DNA of 64,000 nucleotides, taken from Dehalococcoidia bacterium. Its GTDB lineage: Bacteria > Chloroflexota > Dehalococcoidia > UBA2979. A model generated the notes under the pieces. It had not been told where the DNA came from. It ran no database searches and saw only the letters and a list, made by a program, of their open reading frames with translations. The stretch is taken from assembly GCA_964291495.2 (NCBI GenBank), contig OZ219871.1, positions 32,001 through 96,000 on the forward strand, in the 5' to 3' direction. The position numbers and the translations under genes are program-made. Shown piece after piece: positions 9,001 to 18,910 of this stretch (its first letter is position 1; each line of letters opens with the position of its first letter).

Positions 9001-10420
9001 GATGACCACACCCCGAACCATCGAATCGGCTGCTGCGGCGCTCCGCAGCGGCGAGGCGAGCAGCGTCGAGCTGACCGAAGAGGCGCTGGAGCGCATCGCC
9101 GCGCTCGACGAGCGTCTCGGCGCGTTCATCGCGGTCAATGAGGCGGGCGCGCTGCAGCAGGCCGAGCAGGCCGACGCCGACCTCGCGGCGGGCGTGGACC
9201 GCGGGCCACTGCAGGGCATCCCGTTCGGTCTCAAGGACATCCTCGCCACGAAGGACCAGCCGACGACGGCCAACTCGCTCATCCTCGACCGCGCATGGGG
9301 CGAGGGCTACGACTCGGTCGTCGCCGAACGCGTCCGCGACGCCGGCGCGGTCATCATGGGCAAGCTCGTGCTCTCCGAGTTCGCCCTCGGCGCGCCGGAC
9401 GAGGAGAAGCCGTTCCCGATCCCGCGGAACCCGTGGCGGCTGGACCGCAGCCCCGGCGGGTCGTCGTCGGGCACGGGCATCGCCGTCTCCACCGGCATGG
9501 TGCTCGGCGGCCTCGGGACCGACACCGGGGGTTCCGTGCGCTTCCCCGCCGCCTACTGCGGGCACAGCGGCCTCAAGGTCAGCTACGGCCGCGTCCCGAA
9601 GTGGGGCTGCGTCCCCCTCGGCTACACGCTCGACTCGATCGGCCCGATGGCGCGCTCGGCCTACGACTGCGGCGCGATCCTCAACGTCATCGCCGGCCAT
9701 GACCCGCGCGACCCCACCGCCTCGGCCGAACCCACCGAGGACTACCTCGCGGGCGTCGAGGGCGGGGTCGCGGGGCTGCGGATGGGCGTGCCGCGCGAGT
9801 ACTTCTTCGACCACGAGGAGCTCGACGCGGAGGTGCGGTTGGCGACCGAGGCGGTGATCGACACGCTCGCCGGCCTCGGCGCGGAGGTCGTCGAGGTGAA
9901 GCTCCCGCACTCGGACATCGCGAAGGAGGCGAACCGGCTGACCATGCTCTGCGAGGCCTTCTCCTACCACCGCATGGACATGGGCAGCGAGCGCTGGACC
10001 GAGTACGGCAAGGGCGCGCGGAGCATGATCAGCCGCGCCGCCCTCTGTTCGGCGGCCGACTACGTCCAGGCTCAGCGCTTCCGCAGCTGGTACGCGAAGC
10101 AGGCCGCGCGCGTCATGGCGGACGTCGACGTGCTCGTCGTGCCGATGACCCACGAGCCGGCGGCCGCACACCCGCCGCCCGACGTGAACCGGCGGCTGAC
10201 GCAGCCGAGCTACGCGGCGCCGTTCAACCTGCTCGGGTATCCCGCGCTCGCGCTGCCGTCGGGGTTCTCCTCCGAGCTCGGACTGCCGCTGTCGGCGCAG
10301 ATCGTCGGGGCGCCATTCGCCGAAGCGCTGCTCGTGCGCATGGGCCGTGCCTATCAGCAGGTGACGGACTGGCACCTGCAGGCGCCGCCGGACGACGCAC
10401 CGGGCGGCGAGGAGGCGTAA
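8993..10420 (+). CDS. Amidase signature family enzyme
   Basis: GIPFGLKD, PGGSSSG, GTDTGGSVRFPA (Lys-cisSer-Ser triad motifs). Confidence 0.94.
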   Translation: MSEMTTPRTIESAAAALRSGEASSVELTEEALERIAALDERLGAFIAVNEAGALQQAEQADADLAAGVDRGPLQGIPFGLKDILATKDQPTTANSLILDRAWGEGYDSVVAERVRDAGAVIMGKLVLSEFALGAPDEEKPFPIPRNPWRLDRSPGGSSSGTGIAVSTGMVLGGLGTDTGGSVRFPAAYCGHSGLKVSYGRVPKWGCVPLGYTLDSIGPMARSAYDCGAILNVIAGHDPRDPTASAEPTEDYLAGVEGGVAGLRMGVPREYFFDHEELDAEVRLATEAVIDTLAGLGAEVVEVKLPHSDIAKEANRLTMLCEAFSYHRMDMGSERWTEYGKGARSMISRAALCSAADYVQAQRFRSWYAKQAARVMADVDVLVVPMTHEPAAAHPPPDVNRRLTQPSYAAPFNLLGYPALALPSGFSSELGLPLSAQIVGAPFAEALLVRMGRAYQQVTDWHLQAPPDDAPGGEEA

Positions 10421-10426
10421 GCGGCC

Positions 10427-10446
10427 GCAGTACAGTACGTCCAGGC
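10427..10446 (+). repeat. 20-bp intergenic direct repeat, copy 2
   Basis: GCAGTACAGTACGTCCAGGC. Confidence 0.7.
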
Positions 10447-10516
10447 ACATCGGGCGCCGTGCGCCCCACGAGACGCCTGCGCAATAGCTGGACAGTGGAG
10501 AGAAGGAGCCGATCAG

Positions 10517-11902
10517 ATGAGCAGCGGGCGGGTGGTCATCGTCGGTGGGGGCTTCGCGGGCCTCAGCGCCGCCTACACGCTGATGAAGCGGGGCATCACT
10601 CCCGTCCTGCTCGAGGCTGAGGATCATGCGGGCGGGCGCGGCAGCGGCGAGCGCGTGGACGGCTTCTCCCTGGACATGGGCGCGTTCGTCTTCACCTCCA
10701 CCTACGACACCGCATTCCGCATCTGCGAGGAGCTGGGACTCCCGCTGGTGCGCTCGCAGATGAAGTTCGGCCACTACCGCGATGGGCGCTGGGTGACCAC
10801 GACGCCTGATCAGTCGCTCTGGAACTTCATGCGGCACTTCCGTGCGGCCATCGCCATGGGCTTCCTCTCGCCCTCGGGCCTGCGGTCCGGGTTCAAGGTG
10901 ATGCGGGAGATCCACCAGCAGGCGCCGTACATGAGCTTCGCCAGCGACAGCCCCCTCGCCGAGATCGACGACGACGAGAGCTTCGGCGAGTACCTCGAGC
11001 GGCTCGGCGTGCCCGAGAGGCTGCAGGTGACGCTCGAAGCGCCCCTCAAGATGATCCTGGGCGACCCGGCGCCGGCGGGCCAGGCCCTGATGCGGGCCTA
11101 CATCGGGGAGACGATGCTGCACTCCGGCCAGGTTTCGATGCCCGAGCGCGGCATCGGCTCCCTCAGCGAGGCGCTCGCGACGTACTGCGCCGATGTGATT
11201 CGCGTATCCACGCCCGTCAGGCGCATCGTCGTCAACGACGGGAAGGCGACCGGCGTCGTCGTGGACGGCGAGACGATTGAGGCGGACGCGGTGATCTCCG
11301 CCGTCCCCGGCACGAAGGTCCCGGACCTCATCCCCGACCTGCCGACGGAGACTCGTCGCGCGCTCGGCGCCGTCAGCTACTCAACCGGCTGCCGGGTGGT
11401 GATCGGTCTCGACCACTCCCCGCTCCCTCCGGGCTGGCATGGCGCGCTCTACCCGGAGGACGACGACGCCCCGCTTCTGCTGGACCGCGCCGTCTTCCTG
11501 CCCGACTGCGCGCCTCCCGGCAAGGGCCTGCTCGACCTGCTGATCGGGCGCGAGCGCGCGAAGGAGCTCATCCCGCTCGACGACGAGGACGTGAAGCGCG
11601 AGCTGCTGGGCGCCGCTCGCCGGAACGCGCCTCCGGGCTCCGCTCTTCCCGGCGACGACGAGGGCCTGTTCTATCGCGTGTACCGCTGGGAAGAGGCGCT
11701 ATGCATGGGGACACCCGGGATGCTCGCCGCGATGGCGAAGATCCCGGGGCAGCTCGCGGGGCGCATCGACAACCTGTTCCTGGCGGGCGACTACATGGGC
11801 ATCCCCTCGGTCAACGGCGCCCTCTCCAGCGGCCGCAGCGCCGCCAGCGAGGTCGCCGACTTGCTGGCCTCTCGCACCAACCGGGCAGGGCGTCCGGTTT
11901 GA
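10517..11902 (+). CDS. FAD-dependent oxidoreductase (amine oxidase/protoporphyrinogen oxidase-like)
   Basis: GGGFAGLSAA, LEA...GGR, DMGA, C-terminal LAGDY...GALSSG. Confidence 0.85.
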   Translation: MSSGRVVIVGGGFAGLSAAYTLMKRGITPVLLEAEDHAGGRGSGERVDGFSLDMGAFVFTSTYDTAFRICEELGLPLVRSQMKFGHYRDGRWVTTTPDQSLWNFMRHFRAAIAMGFLSPSGLRSGFKVMREIHQQAPYMSFASDSPLAEIDDDESFGEYLERLGVPERLQVTLEAPLKMILGDPAPAGQALMRAYIGETMLHSGQVSMPERGIGSLSEALATYCADVIRVSTPVRRIVVNDGKATGVVVDGETIEADAVISAVPGTKVPDLIPDLPTETRRALGAVSYSTGCRVVIGLDHSPLPPGWHGALYPEDDDAPLLLDRAVFLPDCAPPGKGLLDLLIGRERAKELIPLDDEDVKRELLGAARRNAPPGSALPGDDEGLFYRVYRWEEALCMGTPGMLAAMAKIPGQLAGRIDNLFLAGDYMGIPSVNGALSSGRSAASEVADLLASRTNRAGRPV

Positions 11903-12057
11903 GCCCACGCTGTCATACTGAGCGCAGCGAAGATCCGAGGGCAGGCCGGGCGTACTCCCGGAGGCAGCGAGGCTGGACCGCCGGCCTTGCAGATCGCAGG
12001 ACTCTCGTGGGAGGGTCACACGGAACGCGCGACGCGTCGCTACGCGAGGGGGACCGC

Positions 12058-12669
12058 ATGCTGCAACGGGGAACGGCGGCCGCGGTCATCCTCGCGCTGT
12101 CTCTCGTCCTCGCTGCATGCGGCGGCTCGGACGAGGCCGCGACCGGCGACGGGGCTTCCCCGACACCCGCGTCCACGCCAGCGGCCACTGCCTCACCTCA
12201 GCCTGAGGCCACGCCGACGGCCACCGCCACGCCTCGGCCCGAGGCCACTCCCACCGCGACGGCATCCGCGCCGACGGCCACTGCCACGCCCGCGGCGGAA
12301 GCCACTCCCACCGCGACCGCATCCGGGGAGGCCGCCTCCAGCGACCCCGTGGACCTCGTGGAACACCTCCGCCAGCGGACCATGCAGATGTGGGAGGTCT
12401 ACAACACGTACGACATCGACGCGCTCAAGGCCTTCTACGAGGAAAGCTACTTCCAGGAGGAAGAGGACGAGCTCCGGGCGAACATCCGGCCCTTCAGGAC
12501 CTTCGGCGCGAAAGTCAAGGCGGAGGAGACTTCACCGCCCATGGAGGTCGCTCCGGGCAAGTGGGAGACGAGGCACACCGGATCGTTCCCGTTCGGCTCG
12601 GTGAAGATGATCTTCATCTGGGAAGAGTTCGACGGAGTGTGGCTGCTCACCTACGCGGAACCCGAGTAG
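12058..12669 (+). CDS. Lipoprotein with Pro/Thr/Ala-rich repeat linker
   Basis: Lipobox LVLAAC; repeated EATPTATA; GGGGG SD before ATG 12058. Confidence 0.75.
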   Translation: MLQRGTAAAVILALSLVLAACGGSDEAATGDGASPTPASTPAATASPQPEATPTATATPRPEATPTATASAPTATATPAAEATPTATASGEAASSDPVDLVEHLRQRTMQMWEVYNTYDIDALKAFYEESYFQEEEDELRANIRPFRTFGAKVKAEETSPPMEVAPGKWETRHTGSFPFGSVKMIFIWEEFDGVWLLTYAEPE

Positions 12670-12830
12670 GTCGAAACACGCGGCGCACGCACGCCGGCCC
12701 CGCGTCCGACGGGTCCGAGGAACCTCGATAGCCGGGAAGTCGCCCTACAGCACGTGCGGGCATCCGGCATCCACGGGGTGCTCGGCTATGCTTGGTTCCG
12801 GCGCTTCGGAGTGCGGAGGCACACGCTGCC

Positions 12831-13478
12831 ATGGCCAACGATCGATTCGTCGGGATTCTGCTCATCCTGCTGGGGATTCTGTTCCTGGCGCCACGCGTAA
12901 GCGGCCTCGAATTGCCACTGGAGCAGTGGTGGCCGCTCTTCCTCGTGGTGATCGGCCTCGCCAGCGCCTCGAGCGGCAATCTGAGGGGCGGCGTCGCGGT
13001 CATCGCCGTCGGGGCCGCGTTCCTGCTCCACAACCTGGAGATCGTCGGGTTCGACCTGTCGTCGCTGTGGCCGGTAGCGCTCATCGCAGTCGGGGCGGCC
13101 ATGATCTTCGGCTTCTGGCGCTCTGGCTCCAACCGGATGACCGAGGCAGGCGACGAGCTCAACGTCGCCAGCCTCTTCTCCGAGAGCAACCAGGTCGCCG
13201 CAAGCGAGCATTTCCGGGGAGGCAACGTCTCCGCGACCTTCGGGAGCGCGGAGATAGATCTCCGCTCTGCCGCTCCCCTCGACGGCGTGGCCACGGTCAA
13301 CGTCAGCGTGCTGTTCGGTCGCATCACCCTCCGGGTACCGCCCGACTGGGCGGTCGAGGTGCGCTCGTCGGCCACCTTCGGAGGCATTGAGTCGAAACGG
13401 GCGGAACCCTCCGACCCGCGAGCCAGACTCATCGTCACGGGCTCTTGCCTGTTCGGCGAGATCCAGATCGCGTCCTGA
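12831..13478 (+). CDS. LiaF-like membrane protein (DUF5668 + DUF2154-type C-terminus)
   Basis: WWPLFL and LWPVAL TM motifs; FGSAEIDLR...FGRITLRVP...FGGIE repeats. Confidence 0.8.
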   Translation: MANDRFVGILLILLGILFLAPRVSGLELPLEQWWPLFLVVIGLASASSGNLRGGVAVIAVGAAFLLHNLEIVGFDLSSLWPVALIAVGAAMIFGFWRSGSNRMTEAGDELNVASLFSESNQVAASEHFRGGNVSATFGSAEIDLRSAAPLDGVATVNVSVLFGRITLRVPPDWAVEVRSSATFGGIESKRAEPSDPRARLIVTGSCLFGEIQIAS

Positions 13479-13644
13479 GCAGCAGCCAACCGATCGGTAC
13501 ACGAGTGCCGCGGGACCGGGAGGCCGGACCCTCCGCGAGCTGAAGTCCGCGGCACGGCGCCAGCGGGCCCCCGTATTTCACTTGTTGTGCTAGCGTGAGC
13601 GCGTAACGGGACTTTGTCGCACTAACGGCGGAGGGGAGGACACG

Positions 13645-14823
13645 ATGCCGACCATTTCATGGAGGAGCATCGTCTCGCTCGCGCTGGCCGTGTTGCTGAT
13701 CCCGCTTGCGTTCGCCTGCGGCGACGATGGCGGCGACGAGCCGTTCCGGATCGGCGTGATGGAGTCGGCGACCGGGCCCGGCGAGACCTACGGCCGGGTT
13801 GCCATCCAGGCCAAGCAGATGGCCGTCGACGAGATCAACGCGGCGGGCGGGATCAACGGCCGCATGCTCGAGCTCGTCGTCGAGGACTCGAAGTGCAACG
13901 CGCAGGACGCCATCACCGCCTACAACAAGCTCACCGACGTCGACGGCGTGAAGATCATCCTCGGCACCTCGTGCAGCGGCGCGATGCTCGGCGCCGCCCC
14001 GCTGGCGGAGGCCGACGGCGTGGTGCTCTTCTCCGGGCTGGCGACCAACCCCGACATTGCCAACGCCGGCGACTACATCTTCCGAACCTCGATGAGCGAC
14101 GCGCAGGTCGGCATCGACACCGGCAACCTGATGTGGGCCGACGGTGTCCGCACGCTGGCGACGATTACCGAGTCGACCGACTACGCCGAGGGCGTGCGGC
14201 GCACCTCGGTGGCGCAGTTCGAGAAGCGCGGCGGCCAGGTGGTGGGCGCCGAGCGCTACGCCTCGGACGTCACGGACTTCAGAACCCAGCTGACGAAGCT
14301 GCTGAACGAGAGCCCGGACGCGCTGCACGTCGCCGCGCAGTCCGAGTTCACCGGCGGCACGATTCTCAAGCAGGCCCGCGAGCTGGGCTACACGGGCCCG
14401 ATCTACTCCGACATCGTGCCCGTCGGCACCACCGCGATCGAGATCGCGGGAGATGCGGCGACCGGCGTGAAGGCGGTCATCGCCGACCTCGACCCGGCCA
14501 ACGCGAAGGGCCAGGAGGTGCTCAGTACGTTCCGGGGGCGCTACGGCTACGTCACGCTCGCCTGGTATCTCGGCTCGGCCTACGACGACGTGCACATCGC
14601 CGCCGCCTGCCTCGAGGAAACCGACGACGACCAGGACGCCGACGGGTTCCGGGACTGCCTCTACGACATCACCTGGAGCGGCGCGATCGGGGACAACTAC
14701 AGCTTCGACGCGAACGGCGAGGTCGTCGGCCTCACGAACGTCGTCGTCGAGGTGCTGCCAACGGGCGAGCGAACGCCGGAGAACAACGGCTACAGGACGC
14801 TGGGCTCCGCGCCCAGCGAGTAG
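13645..14823 (+). CDS. Branched-chain amino acid-type ABC transporter substrate-binding lipoprotein
   Basis: Lipobox AFAC; INAAGGINGR, ED..CN, DFRTQL motifs. Confidence 0.92.
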   Translation: MPTISWRSIVSLALAVLLIPLAFACGDDGGDEPFRIGVMESATGPGETYGRVAIQAKQMAVDEINAAGGINGRMLELVVEDSKCNAQDAITAYNKLTDVDGVKIILGTSCSGAMLGAAPLAEADGVVLFSGLATNPDIANAGDYIFRTSMSDAQVGIDTGNLMWADGVRTLATITESTDYAEGVRRTSVAQFEKRGGQVVGAERYASDVTDFRTQLTKLLNESPDALHVAAQSEFTGGTILKQARELGYTGPIYSDIVPVGTTAIEIAGDAATGVKAVIADLDPANAKGQEVLSTFRGRYGYVTLAWYLGSAYDDVHIAAACLEETDDDQDADGFRDCLYDITWSGAIGDNYSFDANGEVVGLTNVVVEVLPTGERTPENNGYRTLGSAPSE

Positions 14824-14889
14824 ACTCGACGCGGGCCGGCCGGTCGGCCGGGCCGCCCGCCCTCCCCAGGCATTGAGGGGCCCGCATCG

Positions 14890-16266
14890 GTGAGCGTTGG
14901 GCTCGGAGGCATCGACTTCGCGAGGTATCGCGATCGCCAGAGTACGCTCGTGGCGATCGTGCTGGCCGTCGCCGCCGTCGCCTACGTCGCCTGGAAGATC
15001 AGCGAGTCGCCTGAGCAGGCGCTGCAGTTCGCGTTCAACGGCCTCTCCGTCGGCGCGGTCTACGCGCTGCTCGCGATGGGCTTCACGCTCGTCTACAGCA
15101 CTGTCTGGTTCTTCGACCTCTACTACGGGGCCGCCGCCGCGATCGGCGCCTACGGCGTCTTCTACCTGCGCTCCGGGGAAGCCCTCGGAGGGCTCTACGA
15201 GGTCAACGAGCCGTTCGTCAATATCGCCTTCGCCGCCGTCGTCGCGGGCGTGGTCGCGTGGGCGCTGCGCGAGGGGCTCTACACGCGCCTGCGCAATCGC
15301 TACCGCACGCGGAACCTGATCCTCACGGCCAGCCTGCTCTCAGTCGCCGCGGGCAGCTACGCGGGCCTCGTGCTCACCCGCCCGAACGAGATCGAAGTGC
15401 TGCTCAGTCCCGCGATCGGCGTGGCCGTGGCGCTGGGCGTGCTCTGGATCCTCCGCCGCGGCCACCGATTCGCGCACGGAAGCGCCCTCCCGAGGCCGCT
15501 CTTCGCCATCGCGGCAATCGCTGCGGCGCTCGCCGGCGGGTACTGCGCGCTGCTCGTGGCGGGCGCGCCGGGCTCCCGCCTCTACCTCAGCTGGGCTGTC
15601 TCCTGCCTGCTGGCCGGCGCCGTCGGCCTCGCGCTCTATCGAGGGCTCTACGTCTACATGATCGCGCGGGCCCGCTCCCCGCTGATCATGCTCGTCGCCT
15701 CGCTCGGCGTGCTGCTCGCCATGACCGCGGCGACCACCATCGTCTTCCAGGCCGCTCCGCGTCCCCTGCCGGACGCCTTCGGCACCGATCCCGTGGTCAT
15801 CGGCGGGGCGACCATCAAGGGCTTCAACGTCTTCACAATCGGCGTCGCGCTCGTCGGGTTCGCCGGCCTCTGGCTGCTCCTCAAGCGCACCTCCTTCGGC
15901 AAGGCCGTGCGCGCGATCGGCGACGACGAGGAGGTCGCGAAGGTGGTGGGGATCAACACCACCGTCGTGATCGCCGTCGTCTTCTTCATCGGCGCCGTCT
16001 ACGCCGCGCTGGCCGGGCTGCTGAGCGGCCACGACACCGCGATCCAGCCCCGCATGGGGCTGCTGCTGCTGCTCAAGGGCTGGATCGCCTCGGTGGTCGG
16101 CGGTCTCGGCAATCTCTACGGCGCGATCGTCGGTGGCTTCGCCCTCGGGATGGTCGAGCAGTTCGGCATCTGGGACCTGGCGGGGGAGTGGCGGGACGTG
16201 ATCTCCTTCGGTGTGCTGATCCTCTTCCTCTCGTTCTGGCCCAAGGGCCTGCTGCCGAGGAAGTAG
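14890..16266 (+). CDS. livH: Branched-chain amino acid ABC permease (LivH-like, with internal insertion)
   Basis: NGLSVGAVYALLAMGFTLVY; TSFGKAVRAIGDD; VVGGLGNLYGA. Confidence 0.88.
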   Translation: MSVGLGGIDFARYRDRQSTLVAIVLAVAAVAYVAWKISESPEQALQFAFNGLSVGAVYALLAMGFTLVYSTVWFFDLYYGAAAAIGAYGVFYLRSGEALGGLYEVNEPFVNIAFAAVVAGVVAWALREGLYTRLRNRYRTRNLILTASLLSVAAGSYAGLVLTRPNEIEVLLSPAIGVAVALGVLWILRRGHRFAHGSALPRPLFAIAAIAAALAGGYCALLVAGAPGSRLYLSWAVSCLLAGAVGLALYRGLYVYMIARARSPLIMLVASLGVLLAMTAATTIVFQAAPRPLPDAFGTDPVVIGGATIKGFNVFTIGVALVGFAGLWLLLKRTSFGKAVRAIGDDEEVAKVVGINTTVVIAVVFFIGAVYAALAGLLSGHDTAIQPRMGLLLLLKGWIASVVGGLGNLYGAIVGGFALGMVEQFGIWDLAGEWRDVISFGVLILFLSFWPKGLLPRK

Positions 16267-16269
16267 CCG

Positions 16270-17325
16270 ATGGCGATCAATCCACGGGCAATCGGGGCGC
16301 TGGCCGCGTCGGCGCGCGATCCTCGGGCGTTGCTGCGCCACGCCCGAGGCAACGTGGAGCTCTGGGCGAACCTGATCGTGCTCAGCTGGGCGGTCGCGTT
16401 CATGCTCTGGCAGGGGGTGGGCTTTGCGATCACGCTCGGCACCGTCTTCGCGATCTGGGCGATCCTCGCGGTCAGCCTCAACCTCGTCGTCGGCTTCACG
16501 GGCCTGCTCTCGATCGGACACATCGGCTTCTTCGGCATCGGCGCCTACGCGATGGCGTTCCTGACCTCGGACGCCTCATACGAGCAACTGCGGACCGAGG
16601 CGATCCCGACGCTCGGCTGGCCCTTCTTCGCGGCGCTGCCGGTGAGCGTGGCGCTCGCGGGGGTGCTGGCGCTGCTGGTAGGGATCGTCTTCAACCGCTT
16701 CCGGGACGACATCTTCGTGCTCGTCTCCTTCGGATTCGCGATCATCGCGTTCAGCGTCTTCCTGAACCTGCGGAGCGTCACGCGGGGCGCCTTCGGCATC
16801 CACGAGATCGAGCGGCCCGCGATCGGCGGCTGGGTGCTCGACGGCGAGGTCGAGTTCCTGGTCTTCGCGCTGATCTGCCTCGCGCTGGTCGTCCTCGTCT
16901 GCTGGCTGATCGTCACCTCCTCGTTCGGCCGCGTGCTGACCGCGATCCGCGAGGACGAGCAGGCGATCGCGGTCTTCGGCTACCAGGTGATGCACTACAA
17001 GCTGGCGGTGTGGGTGATCTCGGCGATGATGGCGGGCCTCGCGGGCGGCCTGTTCGGCAGCTGGACGAGCTTCATCGACCCCAACTCCTTCATCCTGCTG
17101 GAGTCGATGCTGCTGGTCTGCATCGTGATCCTCGGAGGGCTGGCGACGATCTGGGGCTCGCTGCTGGGGGCGATGGCCTACGTGCTGCTCGAGGAAGGCA
17201 TGCGCTTCCTGCCCTTCATCCCACCGGAGTTCGTCGGCCAGGTGCGGCAGATCGTGCTCGGCGTCCTGCTCGTGCTGCTGATGTTGTTCCGGCCTCAGGG
17301 GCTGGTCGGGAGGTACAGGCTGTGA
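16270..17325 (+). CDS. livM: Branched-chain amino acid ABC permease (LivM-like)
   Basis: SLNLVVGFTGLLSIGHIGFFGIGAY; SFGRVLTAIREDE; RPQGL. Confidence 0.9.
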   Translation: MAINPRAIGALAASARDPRALLRHARGNVELWANLIVLSWAVAFMLWQGVGFAITLGTVFAIWAILAVSLNLVVGFTGLLSIGHIGFFGIGAYAMAFLTSDASYEQLRTEAIPTLGWPFFAALPVSVALAGVLALLVGIVFNRFRDDIFVLVSFGFAIIAFSVFLNLRSVTRGAFGIHEIERPAIGGWVLDGEVEFLVFALICLALVVLVCWLIVTSSFGRVLTAIREDEQAIAVFGYQVMHYKLAVWVISAMMAGLAGGLFGSWTSFIDPNSFILLESMLLVCIVILGGLATIWGSLLGAMAYVLLEEGMRFLPFIPPEFVGQVRQIVLGVLLVLLMLFRPQGLVGRYRL

Positions 17326-18077
17326 GCGCCGCCGACTCCCGCGACGCCTACGCCGTCGAGACGATCGAGATCTCGAAGCACTTCGGCGCGGTGCGGGCCG
17401 TCGACGAGCTAAGCGTCTCGATCCCGCACGAGGGCATCACGAGCATCGTCGGGCCGAACGGCTCCGGGAAGTCGACGCTGGTCAACCTGCTGAGCGGCGT
17501 GCTGCCACTGGACGGCGGCCTCGTGATCCTCGACGGCGTGCGGCTGCGCGTGGTGAAGGCGCACGAGACGCCGGAGCATGGCGTCACCCGCACCTTCCAG
17601 GAGGTGCGGCTCTTCGACCAGATCAGCGTCCGGGACAACATCATGGTGGTGCTCACCAGCCGACGCCTGCTGCCCGCCCTGCTGGAGCGAGCGACGCCCG
17701 CCCACAGGGAGCGAACCGAGCAGATCCTCCGCGAGGTCGGAATGTGGGAGAAGCGCGACTCCCTCGCGCAAGAGCTGTCGTACGGCCAGCGCAAGCTGCT
17801 CGAGATCGGGCGCGCGCTGGCCCTCGACGTGCGCACCTACCTGTTCGATGAGCCCTTCGCGGGGCTGTTCCCGGAGATGCTGGAGCGCGTCAAGGAGATC
17901 GTGGTGCGGATGCGCGATGAGGGCCGCACGCTGATCTTCATCTCGCACAACATGGACATCGTGCGCGAGCTGCCGGACCACCTGATCGTCCTCGACAGCG
18001 GCAGGCTGCTCACGGAGGGTGAGGTCCACGACGTGCTGAGCCGCGAAGAGGTGATCGAGGCGTACCTGGGCGACTAG
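17322..18077 (+). CDS. livG: ABC transporter ATP-binding protein (LivG-like)
   Basis: GTG overlapping the livM stop; GPNGSGKST, RTFQ, LSYGQ, DEPFAG, IEAYLG. Confidence 0.9.
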   Translation: MSAADSRDAYAVETIEISKHFGAVRAVDELSVSIPHEGITSIVGPNGSGKSTLVNLLSGVLPLDGGLVILDGVRLRVVKAHETPEHGVTRTFQEVRLFDQISVRDNIMVVLTSRRLLPALLERATPAHRERTEQILREVGMWEKRDSLAQELSYGQRKLLEIGRALALDVRTYLFDEPFAGLFPEMLERVKEIVVRMRDEGRTLIFISHNMDIVRELPDHLIVLDSGRLLTEGEVHDVLSREEVIEAYLGD

Positions 18078-18097
18078 GCCAACGCGGACGGAGAGCG

Positions 18098-18877
18098 ATG
18101 ACGCAGACCGCGACTTCGAATGGCCCCGCCGAGCCGGCGCTGCTCGCGCTGGACGGCGTCTCCGTGCATTACGGCGCGGTCGTGGCCCTCGACGACGTCT
18201 CGCTCGGCATCCGCAAGGGCGAGGTCGTGGCCGTGATGGGTCCCAACGGCGCGGGGAAATCGACCGTGCTGAAGGCAATCATGGGCCTCGCGCCGGTGGT
18301 GGCCGGCGAGGTCTACTGGCGGCAAGAGCGGCTGGCGGCGGCCACGCACGAGATCGTGAAGGAGGGCATCGCCTTCGTACCGCAGGGCCGGCGCGTCTTC
18401 ACCCACCTCACGATCGAGGAGAACCTCGAGCTGGGTTGCCTCTATCTCGGCGACGGGGAGGAGAAGGCGCGGCGGCTCGACTCGGTGATGGAGCTGTTCC
18501 CGATCCTGCACGAGAAGCGGCGCGACATGGCCAGCGCGATGTCTGGAGGGCAGCAGCAAATGCTGGCCCTCGGCCGCGGCCTGATGGCCGACCCCGAGCT
18601 GCTGCTGCTCGACGAGCCGACGCTGGGCCTGGCGCCGATCGTGGTCAGCGAGGTCTTCCAGAAGGTCCGCGAGATCAGCGACCGGCTCGACACGACGATC
18701 GTCCTCGTGGAGCACAACATCCGGGGCGCCCTCGAGATCGTGGACCGCGCCTACGTGCTCGACCGCGGCTGCATCGCGCACGACGGCACGCCAGCCTCTA
18801 TCCGCGAGTCCAACATCCTGACGGACGTCTTCCTCGGCCGCGTCAGGCGCGACGACGGCGGCGAGGGCAGCTCGTAG
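18098..18877 (+). CDS. livF: ABC transporter ATP-binding protein (LivF-like)
   Basis: GPNGAGKST, MSGGQQQMLA, LLLDEPTLGLAP, VEHN. Confidence 0.92.
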   Translation: MTQTATSNGPAEPALLALDGVSVHYGAVVALDDVSLGIRKGEVVAVMGPNGAGKSTVLKAIMGLAPVVAGEVYWRQERLAAATHEIVKEGIAFVPQGRRVFTHLTIEENLELGCLYLGDGEEKARRLDSVMELFPILHEKRRDMASAMSGGQQQMLALGRGLMADPELLLLDEPTLGLAPIVVSEVFQKVREISDRLDTTIVLVEHNIRGALEIVDRAYVLDRGCIAHDGTPASIRESNILTDVFLGRVRRDDGGEGSS

Positions 18878-18910
18878 CAGGCGAGGCGGGACGCCTCGGT
18901 GCCTCGCGAC

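Noticed and set aside
8993-10420. gatA/gatC of the tRNA amidotransferase
   Set aside because: No gatB nearby, and GatA-specific motifs are absent.
12160-12330. Tandem DNA repeats (GCCACTCCCACCGCGAC-like)
   Set aside because: Explained by the coding EATPTATA linker of a lipoprotein.
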